DNA from: Flavobacteriales bacterium
Lineage (GTDB): Bacteria > Bacteroidota > Bacteroidia > Flavobacteriales_D > Crocinitomicaceae
NCBI GenBank assembly: GCA_947463385.1
Contig: CANHSL010000003.1
Coordinates: forward strand, 658-64,657
Direction: 5' to 3'
Length of the DNA: 64,000 nt
This document shows positions 9,857 through 19,338 of this stretch, in pieces (position 1 is the stretch's first letter; every line of letters begins with the position of its first letter). The notes below the pieces were generated by a model. The model was not told the DNA's origin. It searched no databases and saw only the letters and a list, made by a program, of their open reading frames with translations. Position numbers and translations under genes: made by a program.

Positions 9857-10552
9857 TTACATTTTAAAAATCCATGCACTCTGTTCAAGCCTTTCGAGTT
9901 CATTATCAGCGTCAAAGGAAAAGAGATTGGCGGGTCTGTGCTTTACATTGGTTTGTTTTTCGGTGTGTTTTACCAGGGGTATGCCTTTAATTTTCTTTCT
10001 GAAGTTCGCTTTATCGAAGGGGATGCCATTCACATATTCGAATAGTTGTTGGAATTCATTTAAGGTAAATTTATCTGGAAGTAACTGAAAACAGATTGGC
10101 TCAATAGAGAGTTGTTTTTTAAGGCGATCAAAGGTTGCGTGTAGGATTTCGTTGTGATCAAAGGCTAAGTCGCTAACATCCATAACGGATTCCCATTTAA
10201 CTTCATTTGCCCATGAAGAAGCTCGGATTGAAAAATCTTCAATTCGTACTAAGGCGAAATATGCGATCGTAATAACTCGGCCTTGTGGATGCCGTGAGGG
10301 ACTCCCAAACGTATGCGCTTGATGCATTTGAATACTCGTAAGTCCGGTTAGTTCACGAAGTATTCGTTCAGCAGCATTCGGTAAATCTTCATCTGGATAG
10401 ACAAGGTCGCCAGGAATGGCCCAATAGTCTTTATACGGGTCTACGGAACGTTTTATAAGAAGCGTTTTTATTTTTCCTTCTGAGTAACCAAAAATCAAAC
10501 AGTCTACAGAAAATGCAGAGCTAAAAAAATCAGAAAAATCTATTTTATACAT
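9857..10552 (-). CDS. NrtR-family transcriptional regulator (Nudix sensor domain plus winged HTH)
   Basis: SVDCLIFG, degenerate Nudix box GDLVYPDEDLPNAAERILRELTG, RHPQGRVITIAY, LAFDH, wHTH FTLNEFQQLFE..DKANFRKKI..HRPANLF. Confidence 0.9.
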   Translation of the reverse strand: MYKIDFSDFFSSAFSVDCLIFGYSEGKIKTLLIKRSVDPYKDYWAIPGDLVYPDEDLPNAAERILRELTGLTSIQMHQAHTFGSPSRHPQGRVITIAYFALVRIEDFSIRASSWANEVKWESVMDVSDLAFDHNEILHATFDRLKKQLSIEPICFQLLPDKFTLNEFQQLFEYVNGIPFDKANFRKKIKGIPLVKHTEKQTNVKHRPANLFSFDADNELERLEQSAWIFKM

Positions 10553-10560
10553 AGAACCAA

Positions 10561-11988
10561 TTAATGGGCTGATTCAGAAGCGTCTAACTGAGTGATACCC
10601 TGTTTTTTTAACATACGACTTACGGTCCATGCAAAAAAGGCTAAGTACACAAAACAAAGCACTCCAATCCAATAAGAACTTTGAATTCCCACAGACTTTA
10701 CCGAACCGAGTGAAGCTTGCCATTGAGAGATAAAGCCACCTCCCATAATCATCATAATCATTAAGCTAGAAGCCGCATTTGTTTTCTCGTTAAGTCCGGC
10801 AATACCAAGGGTAAAAATACAAGGCCAAAGCGTGGAGCAAAACAATCCTACGGAAATAAAGGCAAACACACTGACCATACCGCCTGCAAAAATTCCAATT
10901 AAAAGTGCACCTGCACCCAAGATTGAATAGACAATCAATTGACGAACGGGGTTCCCACCGGTAAATGCCTCTGCTACCATAAGAACAATAACCAAAAACA
11001 AATAAGGATAGAATTGAGAAACATTATGGCCGGCAATATAATTCACTAACATAAAAATTGAAAAGGCGAGAAACGGCAGCAATATCGAAAGTCGTTGTTT
11101 AATGTCGGCACCAACGTTAAAAGCACCTGCCGCAGAAGCCCATCGTCCGATCATCAAACTCGCCCAGAACAGGGAAACAAACGGCGTTATCTCTTGCTCT
11201 GATTTGCCTAATTTCAACTTCATGAATTCAGGAAGATTACTTGCCGTAGAGACTTCTACTCCAACGTACAAAAATATCGCAATCATGGCTAAAATCACTT
11301 GTGGTTTTTTCGCCACGGCGATGATTGATACACGCTCAGTGGAAGCTGTTCCTTCATCTTCAATCTGATCAGGAACACTCGAAAATTTAAAAAATAATGC
11401 AGCTAAAATAAAGGTTGCACCGAGTACTAAATATGGTATTTTAACGGCGGAAAGTTCTAAGCTTGTAGAGCCTGTACCCGCCATTCCGAAAATAGCAAAG
11501 GAAACTAATACGGGGCCGATGGTTGTTCCCACATTATTAATACCTCCCGCTAAACTCAATCTCAAATTACCGGTAGATGGGTCTCCCATATTAATTGCCA
11601 AGGGGTTGGCGGCAATTTGTTGAAGTGCAAAGCCTATACCCACTGTAAATAACCCGCCAAGTAATAAGGGGAATGAAGATTCATTTGCGGCAGGAATAAA
11701 CAATAAGGTTCCTAATGCTGAAATGACCAAGCCCAATGCAAGCCCGTTACGATAACCCAAAACTTTAAGTAAATCCTTCTTTAGTAAGGCAGAAACCGCA
11801 AAATAAATTAAAGATCCAACGGTATACGCTATGTAAAATGCCACCGAAATCAACTGCGCTTTGTCTTGTTTTAAATTCAGGGCTTTCTTAAAAACAGGAA
11901 TTAATATATCATTACTTGAGGCTACAAAACCCCAAAAGAAGAATATGATTATCAAGGCACCAAAGGCACTAAAATTGGTTTTTTTCAT
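10561..11988 (-). CDS. MFS sugar transporter, GluP/FucP family
   Basis: FFFWGF..SNDILIP, QIAANP, FLYVGVEV, LWPCIF; about 12-14 TM segments; start set at MKKTNF. Confidence 0.88.
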   Translation of the reverse strand: MKKTNFSAFGALIIIFFFWGFVASSNDILIPVFKKALNLKQDKAQLISVAFYIAYTVGSLIYFAVSALLKKDLLKVLGYRNGLALGLVISALGTLLFIPAANESSFPLLLGGLFTVGIGFALQQIAANPLAINMGDPSTGNLRLSLAGGINNVGTTIGPVLVSFAIFGMAGTGSTSLELSAVKIPYLVLGATFILAALFFKFSSVPDQIEDEGTASTERVSIIAVAKKPQVILAMIAIFLYVGVEVSTASNLPEFMKLKLGKSEQEITPFVSLFWASLMIGRWASAAGAFNVGADIKQRLSILLPFLAFSIFMLVNYIAGHNVSQFYPYLFLVIVLMVAEAFTGGNPVRQLIVYSILGAGALLIGIFAGGMVSVFAFISVGLFCSTLWPCIFTLGIAGLNEKTNAASSLMIMMIMGGGFISQWQASLGSVKSVGIQSSYWIGVLCFVYLAFFAWTVSRMLKKQGITQLDASESAH

Positions 11989-12023
11989 GGTCAAAATTTC
12001 GACCAAAATACAATTTAATTTGA

Positions 12024-13979
12024 TTAACCGGCTTGAGAACTGGCTGTTTTTGTATTTTCAACCATAAGTAAGCGTTCAACCGAAGCAGCGATAGAGGCAG
12101 CATCAAATCCACAGGCCGCCCAAAGTTCTTCTTGCGTTCCGTGGTGAATATAATCATCTGGAATTCCTAAGCGCACCACTTCGGTTTTGTATCCTCTATC
12201 GGCCATAAATTCCAAAACCGCTGAGCCAAATCCTCCCATCAAGCACCCATCTTCAACGGTAATAACCTTATCGAATTTGGTGAAAACCTCATGTAAAAGC
12301 ATCTCATCAAGCGGCTTAACAAAACGCAAATCATAATGAGCGGGAGTAATTCCTGTTTTACTTAAGGTGTTAATGGCTTCTTGTGCAAAATTACCCGGGT
12401 GTCCGATGGTTAAAATTGCAACTCCTTCTCCAGCGGAAACTTTTCTGCCTTTACCAACTGGTATCTCTTCAAGCGGTGTTTTCCAATCGGTCATAACACC
12501 GTTCCCTCTTGGGTATCTGATGGTAAATGGGCCTTTGTTTTCAAGCTGGGCCGTATACATTAGGTTACGTAATTCTTGCTCATTCATTGGTGCAGAAACC
12601 ACCATATTCGGAATACAACGCATATAGGCTAGGTCATATGCCCCGTGATGCGTTGCCCCATCGGCTCCAACTAAGCCACCGCGATCGAGACAAAACACGA
12701 CATTCAAATTTTGTAAGGCCACATCATGCAATACTTGGTCAAACGCCCGCTGCATGAAGGATGAATAGATATTACAAAATGGAACTAATCCTTGCGTAGC
12801 CAATCCCGCACTAAAGGTAACTGCGTGTTGTTCTGCAATACCAACATCAAACGCACGATCAGGCATCGCCTTCATCATTATATTTAAGGAACAGCCACTC
12901 GGCATCGCAGGAGTAATGCCCATTATTTTTTGATTGCGTTCCGCTAATTCTACGATGGTATGTCCAAATACATCTTGATATTTCGGGGCCTCTGGTCCTA
13001 TCGGAACAACTTTTACTATTTCACCGGTATCTTTATTAAATACGCCAGGGGCATGCCATTTCGTGGGATTTCCCTCTTCGGAAAACTTATACCCAGCACC
13101 CTTCTTCGTTAAACAATGTAATATTTTTGGTCCGGGAATGTCTTTTAAATCTTCCAACACTTTAACTAATCCTTCTACATCATGGCCATCAACTGGTCCA
13201 AAATATCTAAAATTTAAGGACTCAAATAAATTAGATTGATTAAGTAAGGTGCTTTTGAGCGCGTGAGAAACCTTGGATGCGACTTTTTGTGCATCGGGGC
13301 CGAATTTAGAAATTACTCCGAGCCAATTCCATACTTCATCTTTTACTTTATTATAGGTATGAGACGTAGTAATATCGGTCAGATATTCTTTAAGAGCGCC
13401 TACATTCGGATCGATCGACATGCAATTGTCGTTTAAGATCACCAATAAATTAGCGTCTTTCTCGAACCCTGCATGATTTAATCCTTCAAATGCTAAGCCG
13501 GCGGTCATTGCGCCATCGCCAATTACGGCAATGTGATGCCGGTCTTTAAACCCATGAAACCGATTGGCTACAGCCATCCCCAGTGCTGCTGAAATGGAGG
13601 TAGAGGAATGTCCTACCCCAAAGGTGTCGTATTCACTTTCAGAGCGCTTCGGAAAGCCAGAAATTCCGCCTTTCAATCGATTAGTATGAAATTGGTCCCT
13701 TCTTCCGGTTAAAATTTTATGTCCATACGCTTGGTGACCTACATCCCATACCAATTGGTCTTCTGGGGTATTAAACACATAATGAAGCGCAACGGTTAGC
13801 TCCACCACGCCAAGGCTTGCTCCGAAATGGCTGTTTCCGATTTCAGAAATCACATCCACAATATATTGCCTTAATTCCTCAGATACTTGCGGAAGATCGG
13901 CTCTCGAAAATTGAGCTCTTAAATCAGATGGGAATTGAATCTTTGAAAGATAGGGGCCCGGGGTGTATGGATTACTCAT
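12024..13979 (-). CDS. dxs: 1-deoxy-D-xylulose-5-phosphate synthase
   Basis: HFGASLGVVELT, WDVGHQAYGHK, GDGAMTAG, DVGIAEQHAVT. Confidence 0.97.
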   Translation of the reverse strand: MSNPYTPGPYLSKIQFPSDLRAQFSRADLPQVSEELRQYIVDVISEIGNSHFGASLGVVELTVALHYVFNTPEDQLVWDVGHQAYGHKILTGRRDQFHTNRLKGGISGFPKRSESEYDTFGVGHSSTSISAALGMAVANRFHGFKDRHHIAVIGDGAMTAGLAFEGLNHAGFEKDANLLVILNDNCMSIDPNVGALKEYLTDITTSHTYNKVKDEVWNWLGVISKFGPDAQKVASKVSHALKSTLLNQSNLFESLNFRYFGPVDGHDVEGLVKVLEDLKDIPGPKILHCLTKKGAGYKFSEEGNPTKWHAPGVFNKDTGEIVKVVPIGPEAPKYQDVFGHTIVELAERNQKIMGITPAMPSGCSLNIMMKAMPDRAFDVGIAEQHAVTFSAGLATQGLVPFCNIYSSFMQRAFDQVLHDVALQNLNVVFCLDRGGLVGADGATHHGAYDLAYMRCIPNMVVSAPMNEQELRNLMYTAQLENKGPFTIRYPRGNGVMTDWKTPLEEIPVGKGRKVSAGEGVAILTIGHPGNFAQEAINTLSKTGITPAHYDLRFVKPLDEMLLHEVFTKFDKVITVEDGCLMGGFGSAVLEFMADRGYKTEVVRLGIPDDYIHHGTQEELWAACGFDAASIAASVERLLMVENTKTASSQAG

Positions 13980-14088
13980 TCACACAAAATTAGGAATAAT
14001 AAACCATAACAAGAAGAAGAGATGAATGTTCAATACCTGATAGAAGTGCACATTAAATTTTGTAATTTTGCAAGCAGAAAAAATCACT

Positions 14089-14973
14089 TTGAAACGTATT
14101 AAGCCTTTTATCCAATTTACTAAGTTTCGCCTCTCTTTTTTAGTGGTGATTTCTGCCTTATCTGGATATCTATTCGTAGGCGGTGGAGATACCGCTATTA
14201 TAATCAAATTGTTATTGGGAGGCTTTTTGATTACTGCTGCCTCAAACGGGGTGAATCAACTGCTTGAAATGAAGCAAGATGCCTTAATGAATCGAACCAA
14301 AAGTAGACCCTTAGTAACAGGGGCGCTTAGCGTAAGAAATGGCATATTGATATCGATTGCTTGTTTGATCAGTGGTGCCGTATTGCTGTGTTCAATTAAT
14401 TCGAACAGTTTATTTTTAGGACTAGGCGCATTCATTTCCTATGCATTCATTTACACCCCACTTAAAGGTAAAAGTTCTTGGGCAGTATTTGTTGGTGCGT
14501 TCCCAGGGGCAATCCCTCCGATGTTGGGTGCCATTGCGCACACCGGTGTTTTTGGATTCATACCCGGACTGCTCTTTTTTATTCAGTTCATGTGGCAATT
14601 CCCCCATTTTTGGGCGATTGCGTGGGTAGCTCATGAAGATTATCAGCGTGCAGGGTATTTTTTATTGCCCTCTAAGTCGGGAAAATCAAAACACTCCGCC
14701 TACCTGATTTCACTGTATTCGATTGTTTTAATTCCTATTAGCCTTATTCCTTGGTTGCTGGGAATAACGAATAATATATCCTTATTTATTGTCGGTGCTT
14801 TTGGGGTTTGGTTCTATTTTCTTTCTTACCGACTTTATATTTCTTGCGAAGATGGCGATGCAAAAAAACTAATGTTCGCTTCGTTTGTTTATCTACCAAT
14901 CATACAATTTGCGTATGTTTTTACCAAAATGGATTCTATTATTCAAAATTTATTAAGTCATGGATTATTCTAA
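14089..14973 (+). CDS. cyoE: Protoheme IX farnesyltransferase (heme O synthase)
   Basis: D..MNRTKSRPL, YTPLK, GAFPGAIPP, WQFPHFWAI. Start placed at TTG 14089 because the TTG at 14068 lies inside the promoter box TAATTTTG (14063-14070). Confidence 0.93.
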   Translation: MKRIKPFIQFTKFRLSFLVVISALSGYLFVGGGDTAIIIKLLLGGFLITAASNGVNQLLEMKQDALMNRTKSRPLVTGALSVRNGILISIACLISGAVLLCSINSNSLFLGLGAFISYAFIYTPLKGKSSWAVFVGAFPGAIPPMLGAIAHTGVFGFIPGLLFFIQFMWQFPHFWAIAWVAHEDYQRAGYFLLPSKSGKSKHSAYLISLYSIVLIPISLIPWLLGITNNISLFIVGAFGVWFYFLSYRLYISCEDGDAKKLMFASFVYLPIIQFAYVFTKMDSIIQNLLSHGLF

Positions 14974-16042
14974 AGAACTTAGCCCGGAACTCAGGGAAAA
15001 AATGAAAAAAAACCTGGTTTATGTTGGGATTTTTGCCGTTGTCATGTTTTTCGCGGGCCTAACCTCAGCCTACTATGTTAACATGGGCGGTGGCTTTTGG
15101 TTGAAATATCCCATGCCGAGTGGGTTTTATTTAAGCACCTTGTTTATTGGTTGTAGTTCCTTGTTTTTTGTTTTAGCTATTCGCGCAATTAAGCAAGGTA
15201 AATCATCATTACTTAAATTACACATGGCCTTAACGCTGGTGTTTGGGTTGCTTTTTGTCACCTTCCAATTTAAAGGATATAATCAATTAATTACTCGTGG
15301 TATTTATAATCCTTCAATTTTCTGGACCTATCCAGAAATTCTCGTAAATGATGGAAGATATGGCGACACGATCACGGCCACCATCAATGGAAAACCAATC
15401 CTTGTAGATGGCAATAAGTTCAGCATTGGGAATCGCACAATGACGGATAAAGAATTTTTGGATTTTCAAGCGTATATGAAACATTTTGCCTTGCCTGAAC
15501 AGGTGATTTTTAGTCAGCAAGAAAAACCCTTAAAGGCCGTTTATTCCTCAAAATATACCTTGTTTATAAACAATCAACCCTTGGTGATTAAGGAAGGTAA
15601 GTTTTATACCGATGATTCAACAGTAATGATACACACCGATGAAATCAGGCTGTGTAAAGTGTCGATGAATGTGGTATTGGGGCGTGGACATTTTATGATG
15701 AAAGGTCAATACGGTAAAGATTTTAACGTGTATTTGAAAGGGAAAAAACTCGATTATAAAAACGGGAATTTCTGGATTAATGGACGCATTCTAAGTGAAA
15801 GTGCCCAATTGAACGCCCGGGAAACTTCCGACAGCGCGAGCGCATTTCTTTATGTGATCTCTTTCGCTCACCTTTTACATGTCTTGGGGGCCTTAATCTA
15901 TTTGCTTGTCATGGTAAAGAACTCATTTACAGGGCGCTACAGTGAAGGAAATCATTTATCCCTTCGATTAGGGGCAATGTTTTGGCACTTTTTAGGCATA
16001 TTGTGGGTGTATTTATTCCTGTTTTTCAATTTTATTCATTAA
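14960..16042 (+). CDS. Heme-copper oxidase subunit III paralog 1, with a ~170-aa soluble insertion
   Basis: MFFAGLTSAY, HLLHVLG, FWHFLGILWVYLF; located in the cyoE operon. Confidence 0.88.
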   Translation: MDYSKELSPELREKMKKNLVYVGIFAVVMFFAGLTSAYYVNMGGGFWLKYPMPSGFYLSTLFIGCSSLFFVLAIRAIKQGKSSLLKLHMALTLVFGLLFVTFQFKGYNQLITRGIYNPSIFWTYPEILVNDGRYGDTITATINGKPILVDGNKFSIGNRTMTDKEFLDFQAYMKHFALPEQVIFSQQEKPLKAVYSSKYTLFINNQPLVIKEGKFYTDDSTVMIHTDEIRLCKVSMNVVLGRGHFMMKGQYGKDFNVYLKGKKLDYKNGNFWINGRILSESAQLNARETSDSASAFLYVISFAHLLHVLGALIYLLVMVKNSFTGRYSEGNHLSLRLGAMFWHFLGILWVYLFLFFNFIH

Positions 16043-16063
16043 ACTTGCACAAATTTTAATACG

Positions 16064-17095
16064 ATGGCAGGTCATACCGCAGCACTTGATTCAAAGACAT
16101 TATGGGGGGGTAAAATTTCTCCATTTTCAACAAGTTACGGAAAACTAATGATGTGGTTTTTCCTAGTTTCAGATGCCTTAACTTTTGGCGGACTTTTAAT
16201 TGCTTATGGATTTACAAGACATGACTGTTTAGAAGCTTGGCCAATTGGGGAAGAAACGTTTAACTCTATGCCGTTTTTAGGTCATGGGTATCCCTTGCTT
16301 TACGTAGCGTTAATGACATTCATTTTGATTATCTCATCAGTAACTATGGTGTTAGCGGTTGAGGCCGGACATCGAATGGACCGTAAAGGAGTAACGAAAT
16401 GGATGATTGCAACGATAATCGGTGGGTTTTTCTTTGTTGGTTCTCAAGGATGGGAATGGTATCACTTCATTCACGGTTCTGAATTTGGAAAAATTGAATT
16501 GGCTGATGGATCTGTGGCTCTTGTTAGAGGTCATTTCGGTGAAATCAAAAACTTCACTGTTACAAAACCAGGTAAGCACCACAAAATAGGCGATGTAATT
16601 AAAGAAGACCTAATGCACACCTTTCAACATGCTGCAGCGGCTGGACATATAACCAACGGAGTCATCACCTTACACGACGGGTCTGAGGCTACTATTTCTA
16701 AAGCAACAGATCACGATTTAAAATTAATCGTAAAGAAAAGCGGGAAGGTTAACAAAGCATCAAAAGCTAAGCGTGAGATTACCGGTGCAAAAGCGGAAAA
16801 ACTATACTATGAAGCGCTTTACTCCGGGGAAGCTAATCGGGTGATCTACGGTGCTAACCTAAAGCAAAATGAATACGGCCCGCAACAATACGCACAATTC
16901 TTTTTCTTTATTACCGGATTTCACGGGTTTCACGTATTCTCTGGTGTTGTAATTAATATTATTATTTGCCTAGGAGTTGTGGCTGGTACATACCACAAAA
17001 GAGGACATTATGAAATGGTTGAAAAAACCGGATTATACTGGCACTTTGTAGACCTAGTTTGGGTCTTTGTATTTACATTCTTTTATCTATTATAA
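16064..17095 (+). CDS. Heme-copper oxidase subunit III paralog 2, with a His-rich insertion
   Basis: GKLMMWFFLVSDALTF, ITGFHGFHV, GLYWHFVDLVWVFVF. Confidence 0.92.
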   Translation: MAGHTAALDSKTLWGGKISPFSTSYGKLMMWFFLVSDALTFGGLLIAYGFTRHDCLEAWPIGEETFNSMPFLGHGYPLLYVALMTFILIISSVTMVLAVEAGHRMDRKGVTKWMIATIIGGFFFVGSQGWEWYHFIHGSEFGKIELADGSVALVRGHFGEIKNFTVTKPGKHHKIGDVIKEDLMHTFQHAAAAGHITNGVITLHDGSEATISKATDHDLKLIVKKSGKVNKASKAKREITGAKAEKLYYEALYSGEANRVIYGANLKQNEYGPQQYAQFFFFITGFHGFHVFSGVVINIIICLGVVAGTYHKRGHYEMVEKTGLYWHFVDLVWVFVFTFFYLL

Positions 17096-17104
17096 TAACT
17101 ACGT

Positions 17105-17470
17105 ATGGAACGCGACGATTTAATTGAATATTCATTAGATGCCCACCACAGCGAAGAGAAAGGGGTAGAAATTCGTAAGAAAATCTATAAAGTAACGATT
17201 CTACTCACCTTGGTAACTATTATTGAGGTAGTTTTAGGTGCTGTAATCAAGCAAGACGCTTCAATTTGGCCCTTAGTTAAGTGGACCTTTCTAGCGTTAA
17301 CCATACTGAAAGCAGGATACATTGTTATGGTATTCATGCACCTCGGAGATGAGCGCAAGTGGTTGCGGTATGTAATCCTTGTCCCTTACTTTATATTTAT
17401 TCTTTATTTGATTTTTATTGCACTTTGGGAGGCTACGGCCATTAAATCCGTATTGAATTTCTTTTCTTAA
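17105..17470 (+). CDS. Cytochrome c oxidase subunit IV family protein
   Basis: 3 TM segments; LKAGYIVMVFMHLGDE motif. Confidence 0.88.
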   Translation: MERDDLIEYSLDAHHSEEKGVEIRKKIYKVTILLTLVTIIEVVLGAVIKQDASIWPLVKWTFLALTILKAGYIVMVFMHLGDERKWLRYVILVPYFIFILYLIFIALWEATAIKSVLNFFS

Positions 17471-17476
17471 TCCCCA

Positions 17477-18145
17477 ATGAATGTCACCAAAAAACTAAGG
17501 AAAGTTCTCGGCTTCCTTTTGGTATTTGGTCCAGCCTTGTTTTTAATTTTTATTTCAACCCGCGGTTGTAAGCATCAATTCAAGACCTTAGATGATTATG
17601 GGGCCTTGAAAAGCTACTCCTTCACGGATAGTAAAGGCAAAAACCGAACCTCAGAGGAATTCAAAGATGAAATCATTATCATCACCACCCTTCAGAAAGG
17701 TTGCCCATGGGATTGTTCCGTTTCATTTTGGCGTTTAAACCAAATACTTTACCAACACATCCGAAAAAATAGTCACAAGCAACTGAAACGCGTGCGAATC
17801 ATCTCTTTTGTCACGGACGGAAAAGGGAATCCAGAAAAAGAAATAACCTTAGTTCAGCAGATGATGGAACGTGATGTGGAGGGGTATGACCCTAACTTAT
17901 GGATTGTAGCATCAGGAGATGTTCGCAGCATATATGACATTGAACACAACAATCAAACCTTACTTCAAAAAGGTGAAAAATACTACGGCGGCGAGGGATT
18001 TCAAGAACTTATCCTATTAAGCGACAAAGAAAATCATTTGCGAATGGTATTAAAAGGGAATCAAGAAGGGCTTATCCGCCGAATGAAAGAGAGTTTAGCC
18101 TTGTTATTAAAACAATATGATAAAGATCGGGCTTTACCTAGGTAG
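17477..18145 (+). CDS. Divergent SCO-like (thioredoxin-fold) membrane-anchored protein
   Basis: N-terminal TM, YSFTDSKG, CxxxC (CPWDC); oxidase operon context. Confidence 0.65.
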   Translation: MNVTKKLRKVLGFLLVFGPALFLIFISTRGCKHQFKTLDDYGALKSYSFTDSKGKNRTSEEFKDEIIIITTLQKGCPWDCSVSFWRLNQILYQHIRKNSHKQLKRVRIISFVTDGKGNPEKEITLVQQMMERDVEGYDPNLWIVASGDVRSIYDIEHNNQTLLQKGEKYYGGEGFQELILLSDKENHLRMVLKGNQEGLIRRMKESLALLLKQYDKDRALPR

Positions 18146-18791
18146 TGTTCTGCTAATGTTCGTTCTACTTGGATGTGAAGAACAACCACGTCTTCCGTTC
18201 TTAGGAAATTCGGATGTTGAATATACTGAAAAAGAAGGTGTTGTCTATGCGGATACCGTCTATCCTGTCATTCCGGGTTTTACCTTTACAAATCAAGAGG
18301 GGAAACAAGTAACAAACAAAACGTATCAAGGTAAAATGTGGATTGTAGAGTTTTTCTTTACTTCATGCCCGACCATTTGTCCGATTATGAACAATCAATT
18401 AAAGCGCCTCCACAAAAAACTATCAAAAGAGGTGAATGATGAACTTCAATTTCTTTCGTTTTCGATTGACCCTACCCATGACAATCCAACTGTTTTAAAA
18501 AAATATCAAGTTAAACATCATGTTAATTACACAAATTGGGATTTTCTAGTAGGAAACGAAGCTGAAACGCACCGCTTGGGAATACAAAGTTTTTTAACCT
18601 TTGCCGGTAAAGACGATGCATCCGCAGGTGGTTATGCACATTCGGGATCTTTTACCTTAGTGGATGCCCAAGGTCATGTGCGTGGTGTTTATGCGGTGAC
18701 TAATTTTGACCTATCGGTAAATGAACAAGAATACGATAGAATGGTTAAAGAAATAAATATCCTTTATGATGAACACACTAGCTCCGAATAA
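18117..18791 (+). CDS. SCO1/SenC copper chaperone, lipoprotein
   Basis: FFFTSCPTICP, SFSIDP, HSGSFTLVD; lipobox LLGC. Confidence 0.93.
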   Translation: MIKIGLYLGSVLLMFVLLGCEEQPRLPFLGNSDVEYTEKEGVVYADTVYPVIPGFTFTNQEGKQVTNKTYQGKMWIVEFFFTSCPTICPIMNNQLKRLHKKLSKEVNDELQFLSFSIDPTHDNPTVLKKYQVKHHVNYTNWDFLVGNEAETHRLGIQSFLTFAGKDDASAGGYAHSGSFTLVDAQGHVRGVYAVTNFDLSVNEQEYDRMVKEINILYDEHTSSE

Positions 18792-19338
18792 AATACCCAC
18801 CGTTAAGAAACTGATTATTGCTGTTTCCATTGTTATTCCTTTGGTGGTTGGTGCATTATTTCGCATTCGAATTCCTGGAGACCTGTCGTTTTTACCTCCG
18901 GTATATGCAGGGTTTAACGCCGCAACGGCCATGTTACTGATCCTTGCCTTAATCATGATTAAGCAAGGGAAAACAGAATTACACCGCTTTTTTATGCGCT
19001 TAGCGCTTCTGTTGTCTTTGTTGTTTCTGGTTTGTTATGTTGCATATCACCTCACTTCCGATCCAACACAATATGGGGATTTAAACCATGACCATATACT
19101 TAGCGATGCAGAGAAGGCTTCTGCCGGAAATTGGAGATTGGTATATTTTGTTACATTAATAAGCCATATTGGATTGAGCATGGTTGTAATTCCAATGGTG
19201 CTTTACGCGTATCTTTTTGCCTGGGCCGGTCAATACGATGCGCATAAAAAATTGGTGCGTTATGCCTACCCGATCTGGTTATATGTTGCCATCACAGGTG
19301 TGGTCGTGTATTGGATGATATCTCCGTTTTATCGCTGA
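18766..19338 (+). CDS. DUF420 (CtaM/YozB-like) oxidase assembly membrane protein
   Basis: FLVCYVAYH, LISHI, HKK..RYAYPIWLYVAITGVVVY. Confidence 0.88.
   Translation: MMNTLAPNKIPTVKKLIIAVSIVIPLVVGALFRIRIPGDLSFLPPVYAGFNAATAMLLILALIMIKQGKTELHRFFMRLALLLSLLFLVCYVAYHLTSDPTQYGDLNHDHILSDAEKASAGNWRLVYFVTLISHIGLSMVVIPMVLYAYLFAWAGQYDAHKKLVRYAYPIWLYVAITGVVVYWMISPFYR

Noticed and set aside
12024..13979. dxs as part of the PUL
   Set aside because: Housekeeping enzyme with its own promoter box and no operator copy seen; adjacency is probably incidental
14089..19338. Oxidase cluster without subunits I and II
   Set aside because: In Flavobacteriales these are commonly encoded elsewhere, often with alternative complex III
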